Assembly: GCA_046293175.1 (NCBI GenBank)
Contig: JBKBPM010000002.1
Coordinates: forward strand, 19,176-83,175
Source: Minisyncoccia bacterium
Lineage (GTDB): Bacteria > Patescibacteriota > Minisyncoccia > Phycocordibacterales > UBA918
DNA: 64,000 nt
Direction: 5' to 3'
How positions within the stretch are numbered: position 1 is the stretch's first letter; every line of letters begins with the position of its first letter. Of the stretch, positions 9,446 through 18,423 are shown one piece after another. The notes under the pieces were generated by a model. The model saw only the letters and a list, made by a program, of their open reading frames with translations, had not been told where the DNA came from and made no database searches. A program made the translations under genes and the position numbers.

Positions 9446-9485
9446 TCGTCCGCCGTTCCTTTTCTGGACCGGCGGGCGCTTTTTA
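9446..9485 (+). terminator. rho-independent terminator, copy 1 of duplicated cassette terminator
   Basis: GC-rich stem (c)cgccg...cggcggg followed by TTTTT; about 90% identical to 10283-10326. Confidence 0.5.
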
Positions 9486-9613
9486 GTTTAAAACTTCATA
9501 CACTCACTTTCGAATGGTGTTTTCTATATCAATGCGGCACACCTCTTTACGAAAATCACCATAAGGAGTACGTTTATAGGTAGCGAAACACTAACCAGGC
9601 AAGGAGACTACCG

Positions 9614-10267
9614 ATGTCTATCCGACTCGCACTCGTCACTTCCTTGGTCGCGATCTTCCTGATCTTTGCTACCAAACCAGTAAAAGCTGATCCGACCATC
9701 GGTCACGTCATTATCCTTGGTGATCAAAGTACGAGCATGTATCCGAGAATAGATGAAGAAACCACCACTCTGGCAACCTTAACCGATATCGTGTTTCAAC
9801 GAGTTGGTATCACGAATGCCCTTCGTGAATTTACTCCCTGGTGCAACAGCGTTCGGGCCACCTATATCGCTTGGGGTGAACTGCAAAGCCAACCCATAAG
9901 CGAGTTGGTAGAACCAGGCAAACATTTTTCAGACGAATTCATCGCGATGATCGATGATGAATCTGACTACCCACATGGTGGTACCGCCCATGGTGCAGCC
10001 CTCACGGAAGGTATCCGGCAAGTGTCGGCGACCGAACCAACTGCCCTGGTGTTCATCACTAATGGTGCAGGGAAACCTGTCTCAAACGTGGACCTCACAC
10101 CAGTCACCGTGTTTAAAGTCTCTTTATTCAATGAAGAGGTGACGGAGTACCTCCGTGACGAGTTCTTGCCAAACGAACCTCATCTCGTGCAGGCAGAAAG
10201 CGCAGCGGACGTATCATTGGCGGTGAAAGCTGCGTTGCAATCGGTCGATACCCTCTGCCTCGGTTAG
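9614..10267 (+). CDS. secreted von Willebrand factor A (vWA)-like domain protein
   Basis: Signal peptide; IILGDQSTSM MIDAS motif; FITNGAG (TDG-like) strand; ends TLCLG like its upstream paralog. Confidence 0.55.
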   Translation: MSIRLALVTSLVAIFLIFATKPVKADPTIGHVIILGDQSTSMYPRIDEETTTLATLTDIVFQRVGITNALREFTPWCNSVRATYIAWGELQSQPISELVEPGKHFSDEFIAMIDDESDYPHGGTAHGAALTEGIRQVSATEPTALVFITNGAGKPVSNVDLTPVTVFKVSLFNEEVTEYLRDEFLPNEPHLVQAESAADVSLAVKAALQSVDTLCLG

Positions 10268-10282
10268 GACAAACATGCTCAT

Positions 10283-10326
10283 GCCCGCCGTTCCTTCTCT
10301 GGACCGGCGGGCGCTTTGTTTTTTGG
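10283..10326 (+). terminator. rho-independent terminator, copy 2
   Basis: gcccgccg...cggcgggc stem followed by gctttgtttttt. Confidence 0.5.
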
Positions 10327-10528
10327 TGATGTATTAGTTAGTCACAACACCATAGACCCCACCAATTGACAACCTGCATGACAGGTATAGAGTAATGAGA
10401 AGCCCAGCTGCCACAGGGACAGTGGAATGGGCTACTGTCGCGGATGGCCTCTAGCACCGCACAAGTGAACCACTCAGACATTCCTCGACTGAGCAAACTG
10501 TAACCAAAACAACCACAGGGATAAGACC

Positions 10529-10708
10529 ATGGATCTGCCGCTGGCAACGTTCAGCTACGATGAGCTCGAAGCCATTCTGAAAGATGGAGGTTTCGAGCCC
10601 GGAACCAATGAGTTCAATGACGAATTCAGAAGGCGCTATCGCGCCACTGACAACCACACTGGTCGCTACATGGAACGCCAGGAATGGCTCTGCAGCAAAG
10701 CTACATAA
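10529..10708 (+). CDS. hypothetical small protein (59 aa)
   Basis: ATG..TAA ORF MDLPLATFSYDELEAILKDGGFEPG... followed immediately by a terminator; no strong RBS. Confidence 0.25.
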   Translation: MDLPLATFSYDELEAILKDGGFEPGTNEFNDEFRRRYRATDNHTGRYMERQEWLCSKAT

Positions 10709-10728
10709 TCTGCATCGAAACAGTCGAT

Positions 10729-10756
10729 GGGCGCGCCATAGTTCGGCGCGCTTTTC
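10729..10756 (+). terminator. rho-independent terminator
   Basis: gggcgcgcc-atagttc-ggcgcgc then TTTT. Confidence 0.5.
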
Positions 10757-10802
10757 TCTTACCCGCTCTTATTTCTATATTCTGCTATACTCAGAGAAAT
10801 CT

Positions 10803-12266
10803 ATGGACGCGACCATTATCTACCCACACCAACTCTTCCCATTCTGTGACCACACCGCTCTCGCTCCTGGACGTGTCGTATATCTCATTGAAGAACCACT
10901 CATTTTAACTCACAACCCCATTCACCGAGCGAAGCTTGTCCTCCATCGCCTGACTCTCAAAGCCTATGAAAGAGCTCTTTTGCAAGCAGGTTACACCGTC
11001 AACTATATTGAATTACTTAAGTATTCAACTACCGAAGAAATCTTTGCTCGAATTGCCAAAGATGGTGCCAGGACACTCCATATTTGTGATACCACGGATG
11101 ACTACCTTGAACGAGCGATTGATGCTGCATGTGCAACTCTTGGCTTCACCCGCATCTGGTACGAATCACCACTATTCCTTCTGCCAAAGGAAGAAGCTAA
11201 AGAACGGTTTGTAAAAAGCCGCCGGCATATGGCGAACTTCTACAAGAAACTCCGTCAGGATACGGGTATCCTTATGGATGACGGCGAACCACTTGGCGGG
11301 GCGTGGAGTTTTGACAGTGAAAATCGACAGAAGCTCCCAAAGTCAATCACGCTACCAGACGATATTACTCCCTACCCGAGTACACCGGCATATGTAGCGG
11401 CGGTCGCTTGGGTGAAAACCGTACCGGCCGAGCAATACGGCGAGGCCGTGTGGTATCTCCCGATCGACCACCAAGGTGCTGAAACATTTTTACATGATTT
11501 TTTGGTCAAACGATTTGCGCAGTTTGGACCGTATGAGGACGCCATGACGACCGAACACACCCGGCTCTTTCATTCTCTCCTCTCGCCCCTTATGAATATC
11601 GGTCTCCTCACATCTAAGTACGTAGTTGATACAACTCTTGCCTACGCCAAAACACATGAGGTGCCAATCGCTTCACTTGAGGGCTTTATCCGGCAGATTA
11701 TCGGCTGGCGGGAATTTATTCGTGCGAGCTACGAAGTCGATGGACGAGTAATGCGTGGTCGGAACTTTTTTAAGCACAAGCGGAGGCTGCCTGCTACATG
11801 GTGGACTGGCACCACGGGACTCCTGCCACTTGATACCACTATCTCGCGCGTTCTCCAATATGGGTACACACACCATATCGAACGACTGATGGTCGCCGGG
11901 AATCTCATGTTGCTCTCGGGCATTCATCCGCACGAGGCCTACCGGTGGTTTATGGGGATGTACCTTGATGCCTATGATTGGGTGATGGTCCCCAACGTCT
12001 ACGGCATGAGCCAATTTGCCGATGGCGGCAGCTTTGCCACGAAGCCCTACATTAGTGGCGCCCTCTATATAAAGAAGATGAGCAACTACCCAAAAGGTGA
12101 CTGGGAAGCCACCTGGACCGCCCTCTACTGGCACTTTATTGCCACGCACCAAGCGGTCTTTCAAAAAAATCATCGCCTCTCAATGATGCCGAAACTCCTT
12201 AAAAAAATGTCGAAAGACACTTACGACGAACATATGCGTCTTGCCGTGCAATGGTTCTACCACTAA
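10803..12266 (+). CDS. cryptochrome/photolyase-related protein (COG3046 / FeS-BCP-like)
   Basis: About 487 aa from Met MDATIIYPHQLF; C-terminal LDAYDWVMVPNVYGMSQFADGG and YGYTHHIERLM motifs typical of photolyase-related family; the 73-codon upstream ORF extension likely not translated. Confidence 0.65.
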   Translation: MDATIIYPHQLFPFCDHTALAPGRVVYLIEEPLILTHNPIHRAKLVLHRLTLKAYERALLQAGYTVNYIELLKYSTTEEIFARIAKDGARTLHICDTTDDYLERAIDAACATLGFTRIWYESPLFLLPKEEAKERFVKSRRHMANFYKKLRQDTGILMDDGEPLGGAWSFDSENRQKLPKSITLPDDITPYPSTPAYVAAVAWVKTVPAEQYGEAVWYLPIDHQGAETFLHDFLVKRFAQFGPYEDAMTTEHTRLFHSLLSPLMNIGLLTSKYVVDTTLAYAKTHEVPIASLEGFIRQIIGWREFIRASYEVDGRVMRGRNFFKHKRRLPATWWTGTTGLLPLDTTISRVLQYGYTHHIERLMVAGNLMLLSGIHPHEAYRWFMGMYLDAYDWVMVPNVYGMSQFADGGSFATKPYISGALYIKKMSNYPKGDWEATWTALYWHFIATHQAVFQKNHRLSMMPKLLKKMSKDTYDEHMRLAVQWFYH

Positions 12267-12305
12267 AAAACCCTTACAAACCATCTCTCAAAAAGCCATA
12301 CATCG

Positions 12306-12333
12306 TTGCAAATATATGTTTCTATGGTATATT
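12306..12333 (+). promoter_or_regulatory. candidate sigma70-like promoter for infC-rpmI-rplT (TTGCAA-16-TATATT)
   Basis: Hexamers seen in sequence upstream of infC. Confidence 0.3.
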
Positions 12334-12448
12334 TACACTACGAATTGGTAGTCATTCCACTCCTACCCTGAAGTTTGTTTATCCATTAAGCCCACACAAT
12401 TTGCAAAACCAATCAAAGGACGCGTATACCCCAAAAGTAAAAACTCGT

Positions 12449-13066
12449 ATTAATCAGGCTATCAAAGCCAAAGAGTTACGCGTGGTTGGTCCAGAAGGTC
12501 AAAACTTTGGTATTCTTTCGCTCGCCGATGCGCTTGCGAAAGCGGATGAGCTCAACCTCGACCTCATTGAGATTAGTCCAAACGCCAAGCCTCCGGTGGC
12601 CAAAATCATTGACTATGGTAAGTATCGCTACAACACTGGCCAGAAAGAAAGTGAAATGCGTGCCAAGTCACACGTCACCGAGACCAAGAGTGTACAGGTA
12701 AAAATCGGAACTGGTGAAAACGACCAGCTCCTTAAGGCCAGCCGCGTCGCAGAGTGGCTCGAAGAAGGCCACCGCGTGAAAGTAGACCTCTTCCTCTGGG
12801 GCCGCTACAAGTTCATGGAACCAGCCTTCCTCAAGGAACGCCTTGATCGCTTTCTCAAGATCATCCCTACCGAATACAAGATTGCCGACGAAATGAAAAA
12901 GAGTCCAAAGGGCTACACCACCACCCTCGAGCGTATGCCTGGTACCAAGGTCCAAAAGCTCAAGGATGCCGCAAAGCCAGTCATCGAAGAGAAAAAAGCC
13001 CCTGCCGCCCCCCAGAAAAACAAGAAAAAAGACCTCGATTCACTCCTTGAAAGCGGTCTCATCTAA
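12449..13066 (+). CDS. infC: translation initiation factor IF-3, probable non-AUG (AUU) start
   Basis: KTRINQAIKAKELRVVGPEGQNFGIL...NAKPPVAKIIDYGKYRY strongly IF-3-like; no in-frame ATG near N-terminus; ATT at 12449 aligns with the E. coli AUU-start position; Lys-rich C-terminal extension. Confidence 0.7.
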   Translation: MNQAIKAKELRVVGPEGQNFGILSLADALAKADELNLDLIEISPNAKPPVAKIIDYGKYRYNTGQKESEMRAKSHVTETKSVQVKIGTGENDQLLKASRVAEWLEEGHRVKVDLFLWGRYKFMEPAFLKERLDRFLKIIPTEYKIADEMKKSPKGYTTTLERMPGTKVQKLKDAAKPVIEEKKAPAAPQKNKKKDLDSLLESGLI

Positions 13067-13299
13067 GATTAGAAAAACTCGAGAAAATACTCGGGTTTTT
13101 CATTTTCTTGCAAACCCCAAAAAGGAACTCGGGGTATTGATATTTATTGTGAAATAAGGTATATTTCTGCCACCTTGCCAGATCCCCTTTTGGCAACCCG
13201 ATCAATACTGTTGAGGTTTGTGATTATCAAAACGCTTCAAATTTCCGTTTTATAAGCACTCACTCAACGAACTTTACTTACCCATCTAACTGCACTGGT

Positions 13300-13527
13300 A
13301 TGAAAACCAACAAATCTTTCACCAAGCGCGTCAAAGTCACCAAAAATGGAAAGGTGGTGGCTCGCAAAATTGGTCAAAATCACTTCAACGCTCGCCAAAC
13401 TGGTCAGCAGCGCCTTCGCCGCAAGCGAACACAGCTCCTCAACTTCAGTAAGCGTTTGAGTCGCCGCTTCCTTCCAGGGATGGGTGCCAAGCCATTAGCA
13501 GAAACTACCGGCTCAGCCGCTAAATAA
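13300..13527 (+). CDS. rpmI: 50S ribosomal protein L35
   Basis: 75 aa basic protein MKTNKSFTKRVKVTKNGKVVARK. Confidence 0.85.
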   Translation: MKTNKSFTKRVKVTKNGKVVARKIGQNHFNARQTGQQRLRRKRTQLLNFSKRLSRRFLPGMGAKPLAETTGSAAK

Positions 13528-13535
13528 ACCTTCAT

Positions 13536-13883
13536 ATGTCACGTGTAAAGGGAGGCCTCATGGCCCAAAAGCGCCGCCGCAACATCCTCGCTGAAGTAAA
13601 GGGTTACCGACTCCAGCGCTCAAAGAAGAAGCGCGTCGCTAAAGAAGCAATCTATCATGCCCAGCTCCACGCTTTTGCACACCGCAAAGACAAGAAGAAT
13701 GACTTTCGTCGTCTCTGGACTGTTCGCATCAATGCTGCACTGCAAGCACTTGATCTCAAGTACAGTCAGTTCATCCATACTTTGGATACCAAGGGGATCA
13801 AGCTCGACCGTAAGGTCCTCGCGACCCTCGCTAAAGATCGCCCAGAAGCGTTCAAGCGAGTAGTCGAAATAGCTACTAAGTAG
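13536..13883 (+). CDS. rplT: 50S ribosomal protein L20
   Basis: 115 aa; typical L20 sequence, follows rpmI by 8 nt. Confidence 0.9.
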   Translation: MSRVKGGLMAQKRRRNILAEVKGYRLQRSKKKRVAKEAIYHAQLHAFAHRKDKKNDFRRLWTVRINAALQALDLKYSQFIHTLDTKGIKLDRKVLATLAKDRPEAFKRVVEIATK

Positions 13884-13896
13884 CTCTCCACACAAA

Positions 13897-13930
13897 GAAA
13901 ACCCGACACTAACTGGTGTCGGGTTTTCTG
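13897..13930 (+). terminator. rho-independent terminator of infC-rpmI-rplT
   Basis: aaaacccgacac-taactg-gtgtcgggtttt. Confidence 0.8.
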
Positions 13931-14071
13931 TTGTAGCCGAGGAATCAAAAGTAGTTTCAGAATTGAGTCGAGTTCGAGGAAGACAAATATTTGTGAGGGA
14001 GGCGTACTTTGAGGTACGGTAACTGAACAAATATGCCGTCTGACAAAGAAATCGGCCAATTATGAGACTGC

Positions 14072-15442
14072 TTAGAAGTCTATCTCGATTTCTTCATTAG
14101 CATTTGGCGCCTTCGCCTTCACCCCAAGATAGTCGCGGAGACGCTGCGTGAGGAATAGGGACGACCGCTCCTCCCCCATCACCACATAGATCCCTTTGAT
14201 ATCTTCGGCCTTCTCTGCCCCCTGCGCCACCAGATTAATGAGCTGGTCACGATCGGCATGTCCCGAGAAGCCGGCGATACGGGCGATACTCGCCCGGACC
14301 TTTACTGGCTTACCATCGATTGTGACCTTCTTGGCACCATCTTGGAGAATCCGACCAAGACTGCCAGCGGCCTGGTACCCCACAAGGAGTACGGTGGTCT
14401 TTGGGTCATCGAGGTAGTTTTGCTCGTGACGCTGGATACGACCGCCGTGACTCATCCCTGAGCCAGCGATAATTATCTTTGCACCCTTTTCCTCATCAAT
14501 CTCATGTGATTCTTTAACCGTCCTGGTAAACGAAAGACCGGAAAAATCAAAGATATCATCCCCACCCTTAATCTGGGCCTGTATCTCGGGCGCGAGATAC
14601 TCACGATAGCGCCGGTAGATATCGGTCACACTGATAGCTAAAGGCGAATCAAGGAAGACTGGAATTGGTTTCATGGCGCCACTTTCGACGAGGTTGTTTA
14701 TCTCAAGGAGCATCCCTTGGGTACGTTCAAGGGAGAAGGCTGGAATGATGAGCGTCCCACCTTTCTGTCTTGTTTCCTCAATATAATGCTGCAACAGTGC
14801 AGTGCGCTCTTTGACCTGTTCGTGGAGTCGGTCGCCGTAGACACTCTCCATGACGAGGTAATCATAACCAGTTGGTGGCACCGGCGGTGCCAACAGTGGC
14901 TGCGGCACATTGCCAATGTCGCCCGTAAAAACAATCTTCTGACCACCCCGTTCAAGGTGGACCATGCCCGAGCCGAGGATGTGCCCAGCATCCGTATAGT
15001 GGGCGGTCACACCATCAGGCAAACTAAATCGTTCGTCGTAGCCAACGGTCTTCCAGAGCGAAAGAGCGTGGTCGATATCACCCACTTCGTAGAGCACCTC
15101 GTAGCCGTAGCGTTCGTGCTCATATTCCATGACTTTTAGCGCATCCCGCAACATGATGTTTGCGAGGTCTTTGGTCGGATGAGTTGAGTAGATAATACCG
15201 TTAAAACCGTCTTTGACGAGCTTTGGGATACGACCAATATGGTCGGCATGCGCGTGAGTCACCAAGAGCACATCAACATCAGCCGGATTATACACAAATG
15301 GTATAGCATTTTGCTCCGCCGCAAACCGATCGCCTTGGACCAATCCACAATCCACCAAGAACGCGGCATTGCCCGTATCAAGCATAAAGTTCGCGCCTGT
15401 AACACTCCCTACTCCCCCATAAAATCCTAAGGTACTTTTCAT
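14072..15442 (-). CDS. MBL-fold beta-CASP family ribonuclease (RNA-metabolising metallo-beta-lactamase)
   Basis: 456 aa; HAHADH motif, beta-CASP/RMMBL architecture. Confidence 0.7.
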   Translation of the reverse strand: MKSTLGFYGGVGSVTGANFMLDTGNAAFLVDCGLVQGDRFAAEQNAIPFVYNPADVDVLLVTHAHADHIGRIPKLVKDGFNGIIYSTHPTKDLANIMLRDALKVMEYEHERYGYEVLYEVGDIDHALSLWKTVGYDERFSLPDGVTAHYTDAGHILGSGMVHLERGGQKIVFTGDIGNVPQPLLAPPVPPTGYDYLVMESVYGDRLHEQVKERTALLQHYIEETRQKGGTLIIPAFSLERTQGMLLEINNLVESGAMKPIPVFLDSPLAISVTDIYRRYREYLAPEIQAQIKGGDDIFDFSGLSFTRTVKESHEIDEEKGAKIIIAGSGMSHGGRIQRHEQNYLDDPKTTVLLVGYQAAGSLGRILQDGAKKVTIDGKPVKVRASIARIAGFSGHADRDQLINLVAQGAEKAEDIKGIYVVMGEERSSLFLTQRLRDYLGVKAKAPNANEEIEIDF

Positions 15443-15454
15443 GTGATTTGTCTC

Positions 15455-15922
15455 TTAACGGTTGTCATCCTGACGCTTGGTCAGTTTCATAAATTCAGTC
15501 ATCGTCCGGACCAGCATGTAACCAGTCACAATACCAGTGATACCACAGACGAGATCTCCCAAGGTATCTGACCAAAAATCGGGTTTCAGGCCACCATAGC
15601 GCAAGATACCAAACACCTCCCATCCAATCAGGGCGGCACTAAAACCAATAGCAGAAAGGTATGAAGGGAGTCGCTTCAAAGTCGGTGACATCTGGCGGAG
15701 ACTTGCGAACATAAACATGAGCACAATACCACCAAGGATATGCATGGGCATATCAAGCCATTCGTAGTGCCAGTAGAGGGATAGGGCTTCGGCCAAGGTG
15801 TGTAAAACAGCAAAGGTGACGCCAAAGATAATCGTAACTGCGTAGATCATTATGTATATCGTACCATACAAACTCAGCCTGAAAATCAATTGATACTTCG
15901 TTGCTGTTTCGCAAAATGTCAC
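15455..15922 (-). CDS. hypothetical integral membrane protein
   Basis: 4-5 predicted TM helices; no recognisable motif. Confidence 0.45.
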   Translation of the reverse strand: MTFCETATKYQLIFRLSLYGTIYIMIYAVTIIFGVTFAVLHTLAEALSLYWHYEWLDMPMHILGGIVLMFMFASLRQMSPTLKRLPSYLSAIGFSAALIGWEVFGILRYGGLKPDFWSDTLGDLVCGITGIVTGYMLVRTMTEFMKLTKRQDDNR

Positions 15923-15960
15923 TTACCGTATAAAAAATGACTCGTTCCATCTTACTCACG

Positions 15961-16039
15961 CTTCTTACAGAAGCTGTACACCTTTTGGAAATCAAGGATT
16001 TCTCAAAAGGTCTTGCGGCAGTTCCCCAAACTGCCTCAC
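15961..16039 (+). repeat. intergenic repeat unit copy 1 (TTACAG-N6-TACACC box + variable-stem hairpin + TCAC)
   Basis: cttcttacagaagctgtacaccttttgg...caaaaggtcttgcggcag-ttccccaaa-ctgcctcac; family members at 41.5-41.9 kb and 48.5-48.7 kb. Confidence 0.55.
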
Positions 16040-16368
16040 CTGGTCTGAATTGATTATCAAGCCGAGTTAGACGAAAAAAACGCACTCTGGTGCGATTTTT
16101 TCGTGGGAACGACAGACGCATGCTCCTAGACGAAGTCCAGGTGGGCACCCTTTCCGATTTGTGTCTGAAATTTCTTGCGAATTCTCATTACTCCTCGCGA
16201 CTACAGGCAGCCCTGCGTGTTATATAACCGGAACATACGTGATGTCGTTCCTAGTACAGTATAACAAAAAAATTTTCTCACACCAAAGACTGAAATTCTT
16301 TGGTGTACATATGCATAGAAGAAAAGCGGGTAGATTTCGAGGAAAATATGAGGCACAAGAAAAAAGAC

Positions 16369-16414
16369 CCGAGTGGGATAAATTATCCAGTACGGGTCTT
16401 TTTTCGAAGAGCAA
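16369..16414. terminator. bidirectional terminator downstream of ndk
   Basis: aagacccg...cgggtctt stem with nested ggata/tatcc hairpin, A-run and T-run flanks. Confidence 0.6.
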
Positions 16415-16433
16415 CAAAATAGTTTTCCGAAAT

Positions 16434-17036
16434 CTATTCGCTTTTGCCGTCAAAGTTTACATCGTACATGATGCGTTCCTGTGCTGTCGTGTACTTCATG
16501 ATCTCATCTTCGGTGAACCAAAGAGCAATTTCACGCTCTGCTTCTTCTGGAGATTCTGAACAGTGTATAAGATTTCGTACTGAACGATTTTCGTATGATG
16601 AGTGACTATACGAGTCAACGGTGAAGTCACCACGAATTGTTCCCACATCTGAGGTAGTTGGTTCGGTCGTACCAACCAGTTTTGTCACCACCGCTACTGA
16701 TGCATTTCCTTCCCACACCATCGCCACAACTGGAGCAGCTTTCATGTAGTGCACAATCGTACGAATGATATCCTTTCCGTACTCAATAGCTTCTTTTTCT
16801 ACTGGACGACCTTGCGCCTTAAGGTCTTCAACGATACGAGTGCCCTTCTTGAGGAACCAGGCGTCATCCTTGTTGTAGTGCGCGAGAAGACGAGCTTCAT
16901 CAGCCATAAACATCTTCATGGCGGTGCACTTGAGGCCAGTGCGCTCAAAACGCTTGATAACCTCGCCAATCAGTGAGCGCTGGACGGTGTCGGGCTTTAA
17001 GATAACAAAGGTGCGTTCTTGGTGTGGGTGCTTCAT
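16434..17036 (-). CDS. ndk: nucleoside diphosphate kinase (with C-terminal extension)
   Basis: ERTFVILKPD and NLIHCSES active-site region motifs. Confidence 0.85.
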   Translation of the reverse strand: MKHPHQERTFVILKPDTVQRSLIGEVIKRFERTGLKCTAMKMFMADEARLLAHYNKDDAWFLKKGTRIVEDLKAQGRPVEKEAIEYGKDIIRTIVHYMKAAPVVAMVWEGNASVAVVTKLVGTTEPTTSDVGTIRGDFTVDSYSHSSYENRSVRNLIHCSESPEEAEREIALWFTEDEIMKYTTAQERIMYDVNFDGKSE

Positions 17037-17084
17037 GGTAAAAATAAGTTACAAAATAACGCCAGAACTATACCATTGTATGTA

Positions 17085-17127
17085 TAAAAAGAAAAGATCT
17101 CGGGAACCCTTGGTAGCTATTCCCGAG
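17085..17127 (-). terminator. rho-independent terminator on minus strand upstream of ndk
   Basis: ctcgggaa/ttcccgag 8-bp stem with 13-nt loop followed (minus strand) by T-rich run. Confidence 0.45.
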
Positions 17128-17225
17128 ACCAGTACAGTACAGCCTATCGCAGGCACGAGGAGTGGTGACAGTCGCTAGAAGGATGAGTTCGAACACGGCT
17201 GATGTTATAAGTAATATGCCATACG

Positions 17226-17262
17226 TAATAAAAAGAAAAAAGGCCGGGCTTTGCGTCCGGCC
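17226..17262 (-). terminator. rho-independent terminator of map
   Basis: ggccgg-gctttgcgt-ccggcc followed on minus strand by TTTTTTCTTTTT. Confidence 0.5.
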
Positions 17263-17427
17263 AGGTCCAACAGGGAGGATGCCGCGCCATAACCCCGACA
17301 CGACCAGGGGAACCACTACATTCAGTGTATGCCTGTACGTGGCTACTGTCAAAATAAATCTGGGACAAACAGATATACCCCGATCGATTGGAGTATTGTC
17401 AATATGAAATGTGAGGACGTTAACAGA

Positions 17428-18207
17428 CTAGACTTTCGTGAGTATCTCTGCCCCATGCTCGGTGATGGCGACGGTGTGTTCAAAGTGGGCACTCCAGGTA
17501 CCATCGGTGGTGTAGACGCTGTAACCGTCGCCTTCGTCATCAAAATAAACATCGGCTTTGCCGAGGTTTACAATCGGCTCAATGGCGTAGACGTGCCCCA
17601 CTTCAATGAGCGGTCCTTGTCCCGCTTTGCCGACGTTTGGAATGAGTGGCTCTTCGTGGACAGCATACCCTACCCCGTGACCACAGAGGACCTCAACTGG
17701 GCTCATGCCGCGACTACGGACAAATTCCTCAATCGCATGACTGATGTCCCCGATGTGATTGCCGGGCTTTGCCTCCTTAATGGCGTGCGCGAGTGCCTCA
17801 CGGGTACAGGCAATGAGCGACGAGGCCTCATTAGAAATCTCGCCCACCCCAACGGTTATCCCCGAGTCGACAATCATCCCCTTATGTCCAATCGACATAT
17901 CAAGATTCACCACATCCCCTTCTTTGAGGACGATATCAGCAGACGGAATACCATGCTGCACGCAGTCATTGACTGAAATACAGACCGCAGCCGGATAGGG
18001 TGTCGGGGCAAACGATGGATGGTAGCCAAGAAGGACTGGCTCGACCCCGTATTCTTCGACCATTTCCATAGCCAGGTCATCGAGATCAAGCGTCGAGACA
18101 CCCGGCTTTGAGGCCTCACCAAGACAACGAAGGATGGTCGCCAAAATGCGCCCCGCTTCGCGCAGTACTTCGATTTCTTCTGGTGTTTTCTTCTTAATAC
18201 CCGACAT
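17428..18207 (-). CDS. map: type I methionine aminopeptidase
   Basis: 259 aa; metal-ligand pattern of MetAP (D...D...H...E...E). Confidence 0.9.
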   Translation of the reverse strand: MSGIKKKTPEEIEVLREAGRILATILRCLGEASKPGVSTLDLDDLAMEMVEEYGVEPVLLGYHPSFAPTPYPAAVCISVNDCVQHGIPSADIVLKEGDVVNLDMSIGHKGMIVDSGITVGVGEISNEASSLIACTREALAHAIKEAKPGNHIGDISHAIEEFVRSRGMSPVEVLCGHGVGYAVHEEPLIPNVGKAGQGPLIEVGHVYAIEPIVNLGKADVYFDDEGDGYSVYTTDGTWSAHFEHTVAITEHGAEILTKV

Positions 18208-18267
18208 AATAAGGCTACTATAGAGGAAAAAGGACCTAAAGGCAACAAAAGATATTTATTCATCAAT

Positions 18268-18401
18268 CAAAAATACTTCATTTAAATGAAGTATTTTGCT
18301 TACAGGATGCTCTTGCTTGATTAATTGAGAGCTGTACAAAAGACAAAACTTTTCTACCGGTAGAAAAGTTTTGTCTTTTGATTTAGGGGTTGGACCCCTA
18401 A
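18268..18401. repeat. cluster of three long perfect palindromes (14-bp, about 20-bp centred on ACCGGT, 7-bp) plus a TACAG...CTGTACA box, between adk and map
   Basis: caaaaatacttcatttaaatgaagtattttg; aaaagacaaaacttttctaccggtagaaaagttttgtctttt; ttaggggttggacccctaa. Confidence 0.5.
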
Positions 18402-18423
18402 AATAAAGTAGTTCGTGGAATGT

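Noticed and set aside
10584-10802. 73-codon N-terminal extension of the photolyase-related gene
   Set aside because: Extension is low-complexity, crosses an upstream terminator (10729-10756) and a small ORF. The conserved family N-terminus begins at Met 10803.
17150-17200. Possible tRNA suggested by GAGTTCGAACAC (T-loop-like TTCGAA)
   Set aside because: No complementary T-stem or acceptor stem could be formed on either strand.
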